A stretch of 64,000 bases of DNA. Source: Armatimonadota bacterium (lineage in GTDB: Bacteria; Armatimonadota; Hebobacteria; CAIYQO01). The stretch is from positions 984 through 64,983 of the forward strand of contig JAGUZN010000220.1 of NCBI GenBank assembly GCA_020060775.1, written 5' to 3'. Under the pieces are notes generated by a model. It did no database searches, was not told the DNA's origin, and worked only from the letters and a program-made list of their open reading frames with translations. The position numbers and the translations under genes are program-made. Each line of letters opens with the position of its first letter. Within the stretch, counting starts at the first letter, position 1. Below are positions 38,322-47,445 of the stretch, piece by piece.

Positions 38322-39686
38322 ATTTTTCGCACTTTCACCGAGGGGTTGCGGTGTAGCCCTTTCGCTGAGTAGAGTGTAAGCGCCAACTTACCATACTCAC
38401 GAAAGGGACTACACACGATGAACACTACGACAATCACTGGTGAGAGTCAAGCCCAAGCCGGGCTGGTGACGATCAATGAGGGGGAGCTGCGGGCGCATCT
38501 CGACCAGATCGTCACCGGCGCGGTGGAAGAGACGCTGAACCAATTGCTTGACGCGGAAGCGGAGGCGTTGTGCCAGGCGCGACGCTATGAGCGGACGGCG
38601 ACGCGGCAAGATACGCGGGCCGGGCATTACGCGCGTAAGCTCCAGACGCGGGCGGGCGAGGTGACGCTGAAGGTGCCGAAACTGCGGCAGCTGACCTTTG
38701 AGACGGCGATCATCGAGCGCTACCAGCGCCGGGAAGCCTCGGTGGAAGAGGCGCTGATCGAGATGTACCTCGCCGGGGTGAGCGTCCGGCGGGTGGAAGA
38801 CATCACCGAGGCGCTGTGGGGCACGAAGGTGAGCGCCTCGACGGTGAGTGACTTGAATCAGAAGCTCTACCTGCGCCTGGACGACTGGTTGGCCCGTCCG
38901 TTGACCGGGGACTTTGCCTACGTCTATCTGGACGGGCTCTGGCTGAAGAAGAGTTGGGGCGGCGAGGTGCAGACGGTCTCGGTGCTGGTGGCGGTGGGGG
39001 TGAGCGCCGACGGCTACCGGGAGATCCTGGGAGTCGCCGAAGGCATGAAGGAGGATACCGCAAGTTGGCGGGACTTCCTGCGGGGGATGAGGGCGCGGGG
39101 ATTGCAGGGTATCCGGCTGGTGGTCTCCGATTGCTGCCTGGGGCTGGTGGAGGCGCTGGGCGAGGTCTTCCCCGAGGCTGCTTGGCAGCGGTGCGTGGTG
39201 CACTTCTACCGCAATGTGCTGGGACAGGTGCCGCGGGGTAAGAGCCGGGAGGTGGCGACGATGCTGAAGGCGATTCATGCCCAGGAGGATCGCACGGCTG
39301 CCCTGCAGAAAGCAGAGGATGTCGCCGGGAAACTCCGGGGGCTGAAGCTGGAGAAGGCGGCCAAGGTGCTCCAAGCGGGCATCGCCGATACGCTGGCGTA
39401 CTATGCCTTCCCGAGTGAGCACTGGCGGAGTCTGCGTACGAATAATCCGTTGGAACGACTGAATCGAGAGATCCGTCGGCGGACCCGCGTGGTGGGCTGT
39501 TTCCCCGATGGCCGCTCGGCGGTGATGCTGGTGACCGCGCGCCTGCGGTATCTGGCCAGTAAAGACTGGGGGACCAAGCGGTATTTGAACATGCAACGCC
39601 TCTGGGACGCGGCGCCTTCCGGGGAGGAGGGCGCGTAGCGCGGAGGACAATCAGGCGCTCATACTCTACAAAAAGTGCGAAAAACT
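38322..39686 (+). mobile_element. IS256-family insertion sequence (about 1.36 kb) with imperfect terminal inverted repeats
   Basis: Left end 'TTTTTCGCACTTT' (38324-38336) versus right end 'AAAGTGCGAAAAAC' (39673-39686), inner 'GAGTAGAGTGTAAGCGCC' / 'GGCGCTCATACTCTAC'; contains an intact mutator-type transposase. Confidence 0.65.
38418..39638 (+). CDS. IS256-family (mutator-type) transposase
   Basis: 406 aa; 'IEMYLAGVSVRRVEDITEALWG...YVYLDGLWLK...REVFPEAAWQRCVVHFYRNVL' is characteristic of Transposase_mut. Confidence 0.85.
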   Translation: MNTTTITGESQAQAGLVTINEGELRAHLDQIVTGAVEETLNQLLDAEAEALCQARRYERTATRQDTRAGHYARKLQTRAGEVTLKVPKLRQLTFETAIIERYQRREASVEEALIEMYLAGVSVRRVEDITEALWGTKVSASTVSDLNQKLYLRLDDWLARPLTGDFAYVYLDGLWLKKSWGGEVQTVSVLVAVGVSADGYREILGVAEGMKEDTASWRDFLRGMRARGLQGIRLVVSDCCLGLVEALGEVFPEAAWQRCVVHFYRNVLGQVPRGKSREVATMLKAIHAQEDRTAALQKAEDVAGKLRGLKLEKAAKVLQAGIADTLAYYAFPSEHWRSLRTNNPLERLNREIRRRTRVVGCFPDGRSAVMLVTARLRYLASKDWGTKRYLNMQRLWDAAPSGEEGA

Positions 39687-39916
39687 CTGGACACTACCTT
39701 TTTGAGGTGGTTTTCGCTGGTCGTGGGGGAGGGGGGAACGGAAATATAACCGAGAGAGGAACATGGCAAAGAACATGTACGGTAAACCCGGAACTGACCG
39801 CCAAAAGAGGAACAATTTTATACTCAGCGGCTTGATGTGTTAATCGGCGTTTCGGGGTTAGGCCCCTGCGGAGCCACACCCCTTTCGCCAGCCAACTGCT
39901 TATAGCATTAGGTTAA

Positions 39917-39948
39917 CCGACCGTCGGAGATCATCCGGCGGTTTTTTC
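39917..39948 (+). terminator. Terminator-like hairpin plus T-tract in the non-coding region downstream of IS256
   Basis: 'CCGACCGTCGGAGATCATCCGGCGGTTTTTT' read directly. Confidence 0.3.
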
Positions 39949-40242
39949 GTGTTTGTGAGCACGAATTCTCTCTCGGCGAGAGATTTCAGGTACTTACCTT
40001 AGCACTACACGCGCCCCCCATCGCCACCCCATCTCTCCGAAATTGCCCACTTCTCTCTGCCGCTCTGAGAGGTTCTCTCTGTCCGGTTAACAGCATGCGG
40101 AAATGATTTTCAAAATGCGGAAAAAGTGTATACCGGGGTGGAAAAGTTGTAAAACAAGGGTGGAGAAACTGCTGACTGTTGAGTCATCGACGATGTCTAC
40201 TGTCCTACTTAAGCATATGCGTATTTTGGGAGAAGGGGTGAC

Positions 40243-41010
40243 ATGGGATGGAAGCGAAAGTATAATGATCTTATCGTGAAATCACCTACCTTGTTGAGGT
40301 ATTATGCTTCATCGAAGGGTATATCAATGTCACCAACTATTGGGCATCATTCAGAATTACCGCTTACGACCGAGCAAGTATTAGCGCTGACGCGCATAGT
40401 GTTTCTCGATCCAGTCGACCCTGTGCCGTGCGACTTGATTTTCATTTTCGGTGGAACGCATCCTGGGGCGTGGGAGGCAGGAGCCGAAGCTTACTTTAAC
40501 GGATTAGGGCAGCAAATCTTTGTGGTTGGCGGTATTCCCCGAAATCCGAAAGCACCGCATGTTTCCTGGACGGGCGAGGACCGCTTCGTCCCTAATTGCC
40601 GGCGAATTGCGACTAATCTGATTCGCCTTGGTGTCCCAGAACATGTCATCAGTTGCGACGAGCGTCCATTGAATTCCTACGAAGAGGCAATGTGCCTCCG
40701 TGCATTCATTGGTACTCACCCGGAAATCGTCAGTGTGCTCTTTATCTCAAAAGGCTGGGGAATCGGTCGGCAATTTCGTACGTTACACCACAACCTGCCT
40801 GGTGACATTGTATTGGTGCCATACCCCTTTGAAACTAACCTTGGTGAGGGTGAAGCTGTCACACGGGAAAATTGGGCTGACAGCCCACAGGGTAGAGCGA
40901 TGGTTATTGCAGAATACAACCGCATACTAACTTATGGAAAACAGGGCGGTCTCACACCGTTGGCGTCTCCGGTTGTTGGGTTAGAAGACATAAGACTATC
41001 GCATCTGTAG
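40243..41010 (+). CDS. DUF218 (YdcF/SanA/ElyC-like) domain protein
   Basis: 'DLIFIFGGTHPGAWEAGAEAYFNGLGQQIFVVGGIP' resembles the DUF218 core; moderate-GC gene. Confidence 0.45.
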   Translation: MGWKRKYNDLIVKSPTLLRYYASSKGISMSPTIGHHSELPLTTEQVLALTRIVFLDPVDPVPCDLIFIFGGTHPGAWEAGAEAYFNGLGQQIFVVGGIPRNPKAPHVSWTGEDRFVPNCRRIATNLIRLGVPEHVISCDERPLNSYEEAMCLRAFIGTHPEIVSVLFISKGWGIGRQFRTLHHNLPGDIVLVPYPFETNLGEGEAVTRENWADSPQGRAMVIAEYNRILTYGKQGGLTPLASPVVGLEDIRLSHL

Positions 41011-41657
41011 ATACACCCCAATTCCGTACAGGTTAGATGGTGATAGAATGGTACAAGCTTGATACCTGATGCGATATGTTGCCACTGCTGCCGTTGCATT
41101 GCCCAGTCTGGGATCATGGCAATCCGTCGCAACTCCTTTTCGCTCATCGGGTCTTTCCCGTGCTGCATCGGTAGCTCTGTCAGTTGCTCCTGAATCTCCG
41201 GTGCCAGGAATTTCAGCGTGAGAATCTGCGCGACCCGTGCTCGCGACATCTGTGCCAGCCGGGCGATCTCCGCATAGTCCTTTACGGCGCCTTGCGCGAT
41301 CAAGTCATCAAAGTGATGCGCCAGCGCCAGCACGCGCGCTACGCGGGGTATGCGTCCGACGGGCTGGGGCTTCTCGCCTTGTCGCAATACCTTCCGTCCC
41401 TTTGCTTGTGTGGCGAAATGCACAGTGTATTCCATGCGGAGTGGGGTCTCGGTGCTCATAGCTTATGCCTCCTCAATGTGTTGTGCGGCCAGTTGTTGGG
41501 CGCTGGTCATCTCATCGTATAATGCGGCGATGCCGGTGGGGCGGAAGGTGATGCCGATCTTCCCGGTGCTCGCGGTGAAGTCGATCTGCTCAATGAGCAA
41601 ACGCAGGATGCGTGCGCGCTCGACGCGGTAGAGGACATCCCAGACCGGATCGAACAA
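40932..41657 (-). pseudogene. Hypothetical HTH-containing DNA-binding protein, apparently split by an in-frame stop into 64-aa and 175-aa pieces
   Basis: Two consecutive minus-strand ORFs (41657-41463, 41459-40932) separated by a single stop; 'RIPRVARVLALAHHFDDLIAQGAVKDYAEIARLAQMSRARVAQIL' is HTH-like; a repeat array lies immediately upstream. Confidence 0.3.
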
Positions 41658-41679
41658 TTCCAGCGCGGCGCGGAAGTCC

Positions 41680-41790
41680 GTAATACGGTGACACGTAATA
41701 CGGTGACAGGTTAGTAATACTGTGACAGGTTATGTATTTCGCGTAATACGGTGACAGGTTATGTATTTCGCAATAATAGCTAACCTGTCA
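41680..41790. repeat. Iteron-like array: four tandem direct copies of GTAATAC(G/T)GTGACAGGTTA (two extended by TGTATTTCGC) plus one inverted copy (TAACCTGTCA)
   Basis: Read directly: ...GTAATACGGTGACACGTAATACGGTGACAGGTTAGTAATACTGTGACAGGTTATGTATTTCGCGTAATACGGTGACAGGTTATGTATTTCGCAATAATAGCTAACCTGTCA. Confidence 0.65.
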
Positions 41791-41907
41791 TCGTATTCTA
41801 TGGCGACGCGAATTATGTAAGTTCTCGACCTTTAATGTTATGGTATGCCTCGACGATATAGAGATGATGGTTGACATGAGAGAAGAGAAAAGCGTATATC
41901 TTCTTGT

Positions 41908-42699
41908 TTGGCCGTGACCGAATCTATTCACACCATGAGGAGATTTCCCGAAATGGACATTCCCCGGATCTTCAATATCACTGAAAGCGCTCACCGCATC
42001 CATAACCCGTTTACACCCGACAAGCTCGCTAGGCTCGGCGAGGCGCTGCGTCTGGAAAGGGGGACCCGCGTGCTCGACCTCGGCAGCGGTTCGGGGGAGA
42101 TGCTGTGCACCTGGGCACGTGATCACGGAGTCATCGGCACCGGCATCGACATGAGCCAATTGTTCACGGAGCACGCGAAAATCCGCGCTAAAGAACTCGG
42201 CGTCGCCGATCAAGTCCAGTTCATCCATGACGATGCTGCCGGCTACGTCGCCGACGAAAAGGTCGATGTGGCAGCCTGTGTCGGCGCCACGTGGATCGGC
42301 GGTGGAGTCCCCGGCACGATCGAGCTGCTGGCACAGAGCCTCAGCACCGGAGGGATCATCCTCATCGGCGAGCCCTACTGGCGGCAGTTACCGCCGACGG
42401 ACGATGTTGTCAAAGGGTGTCATGCCCATTCAATCTCCGACTATCTCATACTGCCTGAACTACTCGCGTCGTTCGGCCGCCTTGGCTATGATGTCGTGGA
42501 AATGGTGCTGGCTGACCAGGATGCCTGGGACAGATACGAGGCGGCCAAATGGCTCACCATGCGCCGATGGCTTGATGCCAATCCCGACGATGAGCTCGCG
42601 AACGATGTCCGAGTCCAACTGACCTCGGAACCTGAGCGCTACGCCACGTACACGCGTGAATATATGGGCTGGGGCGTGTTCGCACTGATGGCGCGGTGA
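41908..42699 (+). CDS. Class I SAM-dependent methyltransferase
   Basis: 'RVLDLGSGSGEMLCTWARDHGVIGTGIDMS' motif I. Confidence 0.6.
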   Translation: MAVTESIHTMRRFPEMDIPRIFNITESAHRIHNPFTPDKLARLGEALRLERGTRVLDLGSGSGEMLCTWARDHGVIGTGIDMSQLFTEHAKIRAKELGVADQVQFIHDDAAGYVADEKVDVAACVGATWIGGGVPGTIELLAQSLSTGGIILIGEPYWRQLPPTDDVVKGCHAHSISDYLILPELLASFGRLGYDVVEMVLADQDAWDRYEAAKWLTMRRWLDANPDDELANDVRVQLTSEPERYATYTREYMGWGVFALMAR

Positions 42700-42762
42700 T
42701 GCGTTGTGGCATCCAGCGGGTTGTCACTGACACCGCGTCCTGACTATAACCGGAGGGTAGCT

Positions 42763-43404
42763 ATGCCGAACGTTGTCATTTTTGGAGCGAATGGGCTGAC
42801 TGGCCAGCAGCTCATCACACAGATGCTGGCCAAGGGGTGGAGCGTCACGGGAGCCGTACGTCGGCCGGAAACGCTGGAAGCCTTTGGCTCGCAGATTACT
42901 GTCAAGCAGATCGCTTTTAATAACGATGACAGTATTCGGAGTGCCGTCTCCGGACAGGATGTCGTCGTTTCTGCACTTGGATCTGGAGGACTCCGCGAGT
43001 CAGCGCGACCCACCAATCTATATAGCACGTCGATCAAAGCAATCACCAACGCCATGCTGGAGCAACGTATCTCTCGCGTGTATACGATCTCTTCCGGGGG
43101 CGTCGAGTATGATGCGGGTGCCCCCTGGTACTTCCGAGCTTTGCTTAGGCCGTACTTGATTAACAACTACCTCGACATGATGAAGATGGAGACGATCCTC
43201 GAAGAATCCCCATCGCTGATCGAGTGGACTATTGTCCGTCCAACTTATCTGCTGGATGGCCCGTCCAGACAGTATCTGGTGAGCGACCGGACACTTGGTA
43301 CAGGGTCATTCAAAATTCACCGGGTGGACGTGGCAGCCTTTATTATCCAGGATATCGAACGCGGGGAATGGATCCGTAAGCATCCCGTGCTTGGATACCC
43401 GTGA
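42763..43404 (+). CDS. NAD(P)-binding Rossmann protein (NmrA/atypical SDR-like)
   Basis: 'MPNVVIFGANGLTGQQLITQMLAKGWSVTGAVRRPE' GxxGxxG at the N-terminus; ATG preceded by GGAGGG. Confidence 0.55.
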   Translation: MPNVVIFGANGLTGQQLITQMLAKGWSVTGAVRRPETLEAFGSQITVKQIAFNNDDSIRSAVSGQDVVVSALGSGGLRESARPTNLYSTSIKAITNAMLEQRISRVYTISSGGVEYDAGAPWYFRALLRPYLINNYLDMMKMETILEESPSLIEWTIVRPTYLLDGPSRQYLVSDRTLGTGSFKIHRVDVAAFIIQDIERGEWIRKHPVLGYP

Positions 43405-43608
43405 TCTTCATTGGGAAATGCTTGCATCAGCGAGTGGCTGTGACAGCGGATGGTCGGAGCGTTTTCGCATGCATGCTCGATTAGGACCCTGATACCGTTG
43501 CCGCCAAGCGAGAGACCCTATTCTCTACAATCTGAATACTGATCAGGTTAACTGCCGACGCGGGCAAGGTGTGGAACGATGGTGGTTTTAGGTGACCCCA
43601 GTGTCCTA

Positions 43609-43788
43609 AAAACTGTTTTGAAAGTCTCTATCCGGTCTCGCTTGATCTTTTCGCGGCGGTCCCTGCCGGGCCTCCTCACCCTATCGGCCCTGGATAGTAC
43701 CTCGTCGTCCCGGCAGGGACCGCCGCGAACATCTACGGCGCGATCCGCGAACAGATCCTTTCAAAACAATTTCTAAGATATGCGAGAA
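43609..43788. repeat. Copy 1 of a ~175-nt nested-hairpin intergenic repeat element (MITE-like or structured ncRNA)
   Basis: Matches 62202-62375 at ~80% identity with compensatory substitutions in the inner stem (GCGGTCCCTGCCGGG/CCCGGCAGGGACCGC versus CCAGTCCGTATCGGG/CCCGATACGGACGG) and a conserved loop CTCCTCACCCTATCGG. Confidence 0.6.
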
Positions 43789-44151
43789 GAGCCCCGAGCA
43801 GTTGGATGTCAAGACGATTTTCAGCGGCAGGTCTCTTGGACATGTTATCGGCAATGATGGGCGGCGAGTTGCGGCCGTGGAGATCTGGTCGAAATATGGC
43901 GATTTGGTCGGGAAGAGGTGCGAGAGATGCGCTCACGAGCCCGGCGCAATATGCCCCTTCCACTCTTTCGTGCAATCAATCATGTCATTTCATCGATGCC
44001 ACCTACTTGACAGGGAAGAGGGATCGTGATTCAATATAAGTGTAGTTTACACCTATGGGTGAGTAACATCACGTTCGACAAGACGTGAATGCCCTGCCCA
44101 GCCATGTAGAGCATTCCAGACGGATTCGGCTGGAATGGAAAGGAGCAGACA

Positions 44152-44484
44152 ATGCCAGGTGGAGATGGAACAGGCCCAGCGGGAGTGGGCCCGATGACGG
44201 GGCGAGGAGCCGGCTACTGCGCCGGCGCCGGTGTTGCGGGAAGCGCATCGCTGATCCCCGGTCGCGGACGCGGCATGGGGCTTGGCCGGGGTTTCGGTCG
44301 TGGCGTGTGTCGCGGTCTCGGATGGATTGGCGTCCTTGCGGCCGGCGGCTTGCTCGCTCGCACATTGTTCGGTTCGGCATCGAGAGCCGATGAAAAGGCC
44401 CTGTTGACCGAACAGGCCAGGAATATGGAAGGCGCGCTCGCCAATATCAAGCAGCGCCTGAGTGAACTTGACAAAGACGAGTGA
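44152..44484 (+). CDS. DUF5320-like small glycine/arginine-rich protein with C-terminal coiled coil
   Basis: 'MPGGDGTGPAGVGPMTGRGAGYC...GRGRGMGLGRGFGRG...EKALLTEQARNMEGALANIKQRLSEL' matches the DUF5320 architecture; AGGAG RBS. Confidence 0.5.
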   Translation: MPGGDGTGPAGVGPMTGRGAGYCAGAGVAGSASLIPGRGRGMGLGRGFGRGVCRGLGWIGVLAAGGLLARTLFGSASRADEKALLTEQARNMEGALANIKQRLSELDKDE

Positions 44485-44526
44485 TCCCCGTGCTGCCTGA
44501 CCGGCAGTTCTGGCTGGTCAGGCAGC

Positions 44527-45393
44527 GTGACACCAGGAGTGCCAGTTATGCGCATCGCCATCGCCAGCGGGAAAGGCGGCACCGGAAAGACCACGGTGGC
44601 CGTCAATCTTGCGCGCATCCTCTGCCGCCGGGAGGCGGTGCAATACGTGGATTGCGATGTCGAGGAACCTAATGGTCATCTTTTCCTCACGCCGTCGATC
44701 ACGCAGACGGCACCGGTGACGATCCCTGTCCCCGACGTGCGCGACGATCGCTGTACGCATTGTGGGGCGTGCAGTCAACTCTGCCAGTATCATGCCATCG
44801 CCGTGCTCAATCACATGACGCTGGTGTTCCCGGAGCTCTGTCACGGCTGCGGCGGGTGCGCCCGCGTCTGCCCGGAGCAGGCCATCAGCGAGGTGGGGCG
44901 TCCCATCGGGGTTGTCGAACGTGGGATGGCCGGCAGCGTGGCGTTTGTGCACGGGCGGCTGAATGTGGGCGAAGCGATGAGCCCGCCGCTGATACGGGCG
45001 GTGCAGGCGTTGGCGGACCCACAGGCGACCGTCATTCTCGATGCGCCGCCGGGTACCTCCTGTCCGGTCATCGCCGCGATTCGCCCGAGCGACGCGGTGG
45101 TGCTGGTCACCGAGCCGACCGCCTTCGGTCTGCATGACCTGACGCTGGCGGTGGAGATGGTGCGCGTGCTCTCTCGTCCCATGGGTGTGGTGCTCAACCG
45201 CGCGGATATGGGTGATGACCGTGTCGAGCAGTTTTGCGCGCGGGAAGGCATTCCCATTTGGGGGCGCATTCCGCATGACCGGCGGATTGCCGAGGCCTAC
45301 TCGCGAGGGGAGATCGCCGTTGATGTCCTTCCGGACACCATACCCTTTTTTGCGGCCGTTATCGATGCCATCCGAAGTGAGGTGCCGGCATGA
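44527..45393 (+). CDS. MinD/ParA-superfamily P-loop ATPase with inserted 2x[4Fe-4S] ferredoxin domain (COG1149-like)
   Basis: Deviant Walker A 'ASGKGGTGKTTVA'; 'CTHCGACSQLCQYHAI' and 'CHGCGGCARVCPEQAI' cluster motifs. Confidence 0.7.
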   Translation: MTPGVPVMRIAIASGKGGTGKTTVAVNLARILCRREAVQYVDCDVEEPNGHLFLTPSITQTAPVTIPVPDVRDDRCTHCGACSQLCQYHAIAVLNHMTLVFPELCHGCGGCARVCPEQAISEVGRPIGVVERGMAGSVAFVHGRLNVGEAMSPPLIRAVQALADPQATVILDAPPGTSCPVIAAIRPSDAVVLVTEPTAFGLHDLTLAVEMVRVLSRPMGVVLNRADMGDDRVEQFCAREGIPIWGRIPHDRRIAEAYSRGEIAVDVLPDTIPFFAAVIDAIRSEVPA

Positions 45394-46298
45394 GAGAGAT
45401 TGTGATCATCAGCGGCAAGGGGGGCACGGGGAAAACGAGCGTGACGGCAGCCTTTGCCAGTATAGCCCCACGTGCTGTGCTGGTGGACTGCGATGTCGAT
45501 GCCGCCGACCTGCACCTCATTCTCACCCCCACCGTGCAGGAGACGCATGAATTTTATGGCGGCAACACCGCACGCATCGCACAGGAGCGTTGCCGGCGGT
45601 GCGGGATATGCGTTGACGTGTGCCGCTTCGGCGCGGTCTTCACTGACTCTCGTGAGACTGACGATGATCGAGCTGCGGTGTACGCGATCGATCCGATCGC
45701 CTGTGAGGGGTGCGGTGTCTGTGCACATCTGTGTCCCCATCAGGCCATTGCCTTTACCGAGGCCCTCAACGGCCACTGGTTCCACTCTGACACCCGCATG
45801 GGCCCCATGGTGCATGCGCGGCTGGGCGTGGCGGAAGAGAACTCGGGAAAGCTGGTGACGCTCATTCGGCGTGAAGCGCGCGCCCTGGCCGAGGCCCAGG
45901 GGCATGATCTGATCCTGGTGGACGGCCCGCCGGGCATCGGGTGTCCGGTGATCGCTTCACTGTCAGGCGCCGATCACGTGGTGATTGTGACCGAGCCGAC
46001 GGTTTCCGGCAGTCACGATATGGCACGCGTGGTCTCGCTGGCTGCACACTTCAACGTGCCGGCCAGCGTCATCATCAATAAAGCGGATCTCAATCGGGAT
46101 AAAGCCGCGGAGATTGTGCACTATGCACTGGCGCACCGGATCGGCGTACTGGGTGAGATTCCGTATGATTCGGTGATCACGCGCGCGCAACTCGCCGGCC
46201 TCAGTGTGATCGAGTATGGCGATAATCCGGCGAGTGATGCATTGCGCACGATCTGGAGCCGGCTGCAGCAGCATATGGCAACAGAATGTGTTCGATGA
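45390..46298 (+). CDS. Second MinD/ParA-superfamily ATPase with inserted 4Fe-4S ferredoxin domain (paralog of the upstream gene)
   Basis: 'ISGKGGTGKTSVTAA'; 'CRRCGICVDVCRFGAV' and 'CEGCGVCAHLCPHQAI'; ATGA-coupled to the upstream gene. Confidence 0.7.
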   Translation: MREIVIISGKGGTGKTSVTAAFASIAPRAVLVDCDVDAADLHLILTPTVQETHEFYGGNTARIAQERCRRCGICVDVCRFGAVFTDSRETDDDRAAVYAIDPIACEGCGVCAHLCPHQAIAFTEALNGHWFHSDTRMGPMVHARLGVAEENSGKLVTLIRREARALAEAQGHDLILVDGPPGIGCPVIASLSGADHVVIVTEPTVSGSHDMARVVSLAAHFNVPASVIINKADLNRDKAAEIVHYALAHRIGVLGEIPYDSVITRAQLAGLSVIEYGDNPASDALRTIWSRLQQHMATECVR

Positions 46299-46386
46299 GG
46301 AATTTGCCGCACGGATTGGCATGCAGGCAGGGTATCTGACGTCGGTGATCGGGTAGTCCCTCTGGCCATCAGCCCTCTGGGTGGGC

Positions 46387-46773
46387 TTACTGCACCGCCC
46401 GCACATCATCGACAAACGCGGCCATGGCCTGGGAGAGCTTTTCGAGGACCACGCTCCACTCGCGGAGATGTTCGTCGCCACTCTCGGTCAATCGATAGAC
46501 ATGGCGCGCGGGACCACTGCCGCTCACATCCCACTCGGAAACCACATGGCCATTCATCTCGAGTTGTTTCAGCGTGCGGTAGAGCGCGGCCCGTTCGATC
46601 TCGGCGTCCGTGAGCGCATGCTCATTCAGCGCCGTCGCCAATTCGTAGCCATACGACGGACCATGTTTCTTGAGCAACAGGAGCACGACCGGCTCAACGA
46701 ACCGGTAGAGATTTCCCATCGCGCAGGTGCATGGACGATCGGCGCCATGACGATGACACTGGCCTCTTGGCAT
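46387..46773 (-). CDS. PadR-family transcriptional regulator
   Basis: 'LLKKHGPSYGYELATAL...LYRTLKQLEMNGHVVSEW...RHVYRLTESG' winged-helix PadR signature. Confidence 0.65.
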   Translation of the reverse strand: MPRGQCHRHGADRPCTCAMGNLYRFVEPVVLLLLKKHGPSYGYELATALNEHALTDAEIERAALYRTLKQLEMNGHVVSEWDVSGSGPARHVYRLTESGDEHLREWSVVLEKLSQAMAAFVDDVRAVQ

Positions 46774-46905
46774 AGAATAATTTCTCCCTATGTGTGAAAT
46801 GCGGATATAGACAATAATTATACCATGCCACGCCGGCCTTGTCGCATCGGGCGGTGGGTAGAGCTTGTTTGATTTCGCACCTGCAATCTGTCGTGTAGTA
46901 CCCGC

Positions 46906-47334
46906 CTACCAGTGCCCGGCAACATCCGCTGACGCAGCCGGTTGCAGCGTTCCAGCGTGATACGCCGCTAACGCATCTTCGGCGGTACCACTGGCGCCCA
47001 GGTAGACAGTCACTCCGGCTGCCTGCAAGACGCGAAAGGCTTTCGGGCCGCAATGGGGAGCCAGTACCGCCGATACTCCCTCGCGTACGAGCGTCTCTGA
47101 CGATTGAATGCCGGCACCCTGCACGGCCTGCAGGTTCGGGGTGTTCTCCACCGCCTGCCAGGCGCCGGTTTCCGTGTCAAACAGGAGAAACCAGGGAGCA
47201 CGGCCAAAACGGGCGTCAATCATGGCGGTGGGTGTATTACCAACGGTCGGGATGGCGATCTTCACGGTGTATCCTCCGTACGCAAATGCGTTGTGCATAT
47301 AGGTGTAAAGTACACCATATTCTCCGTGAAACAA
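46906..47334 (-). CDS. Dinitrogenase FeMo-cofactor-binding-like (NifX/NafY/NifB C-terminal family, COG1433) protein; true start likely the internal GTG/ATG
   Basis: 'KIAIPTVGN...RFGRAPWFLLFDTETGAWQAVEN...GAGIQSSETLVREGVSAVLAPHCGPKAF' matches PF02579 topology. Confidence 0.5.
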   Translation of the reverse strand: MFHGEYGVLYTYMHNAFAYGGYTVKIAIPTVGNTPTAMIDARFGRAPWFLLFDTETGAWQAVENTPNLQAVQGAGIQSSETLVREGVSAVLAPHCGPKAFRVLQAAGVTVYLGASGTAEDALAAYHAGTLQPAASADVAGHW

Positions 47335-47445
47335 CCCGTTCTGTCAATAGACGTGCAACATGGCGGGAAAGAGCGCAGGGGGAGAAGGCAGCCTCTCCCC
47401 CTGCAGTGTGAGCATCGCGGCATCCGCGGACTCTGCCACCGGCCG

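Noticed and set aside
41680-41790. Possible CRISPR array
   Set aside because: Only about 4 adjacent repeats of ~19-29 nt with no intervening unique spacers and no cas genes nearby. It fits an iteron/binding-site array better.
44152-44484. The glycine/arginine-rich ORF as a low-complexity artefact
   Set aside because: Not rejected as a gene. It was kept because the N-terminal MPGxDGTGP...GRG repeats plus C-terminal coiled coil, its RBS, and its position before COG1149/COG1433 genes match the DUF5320 family context.
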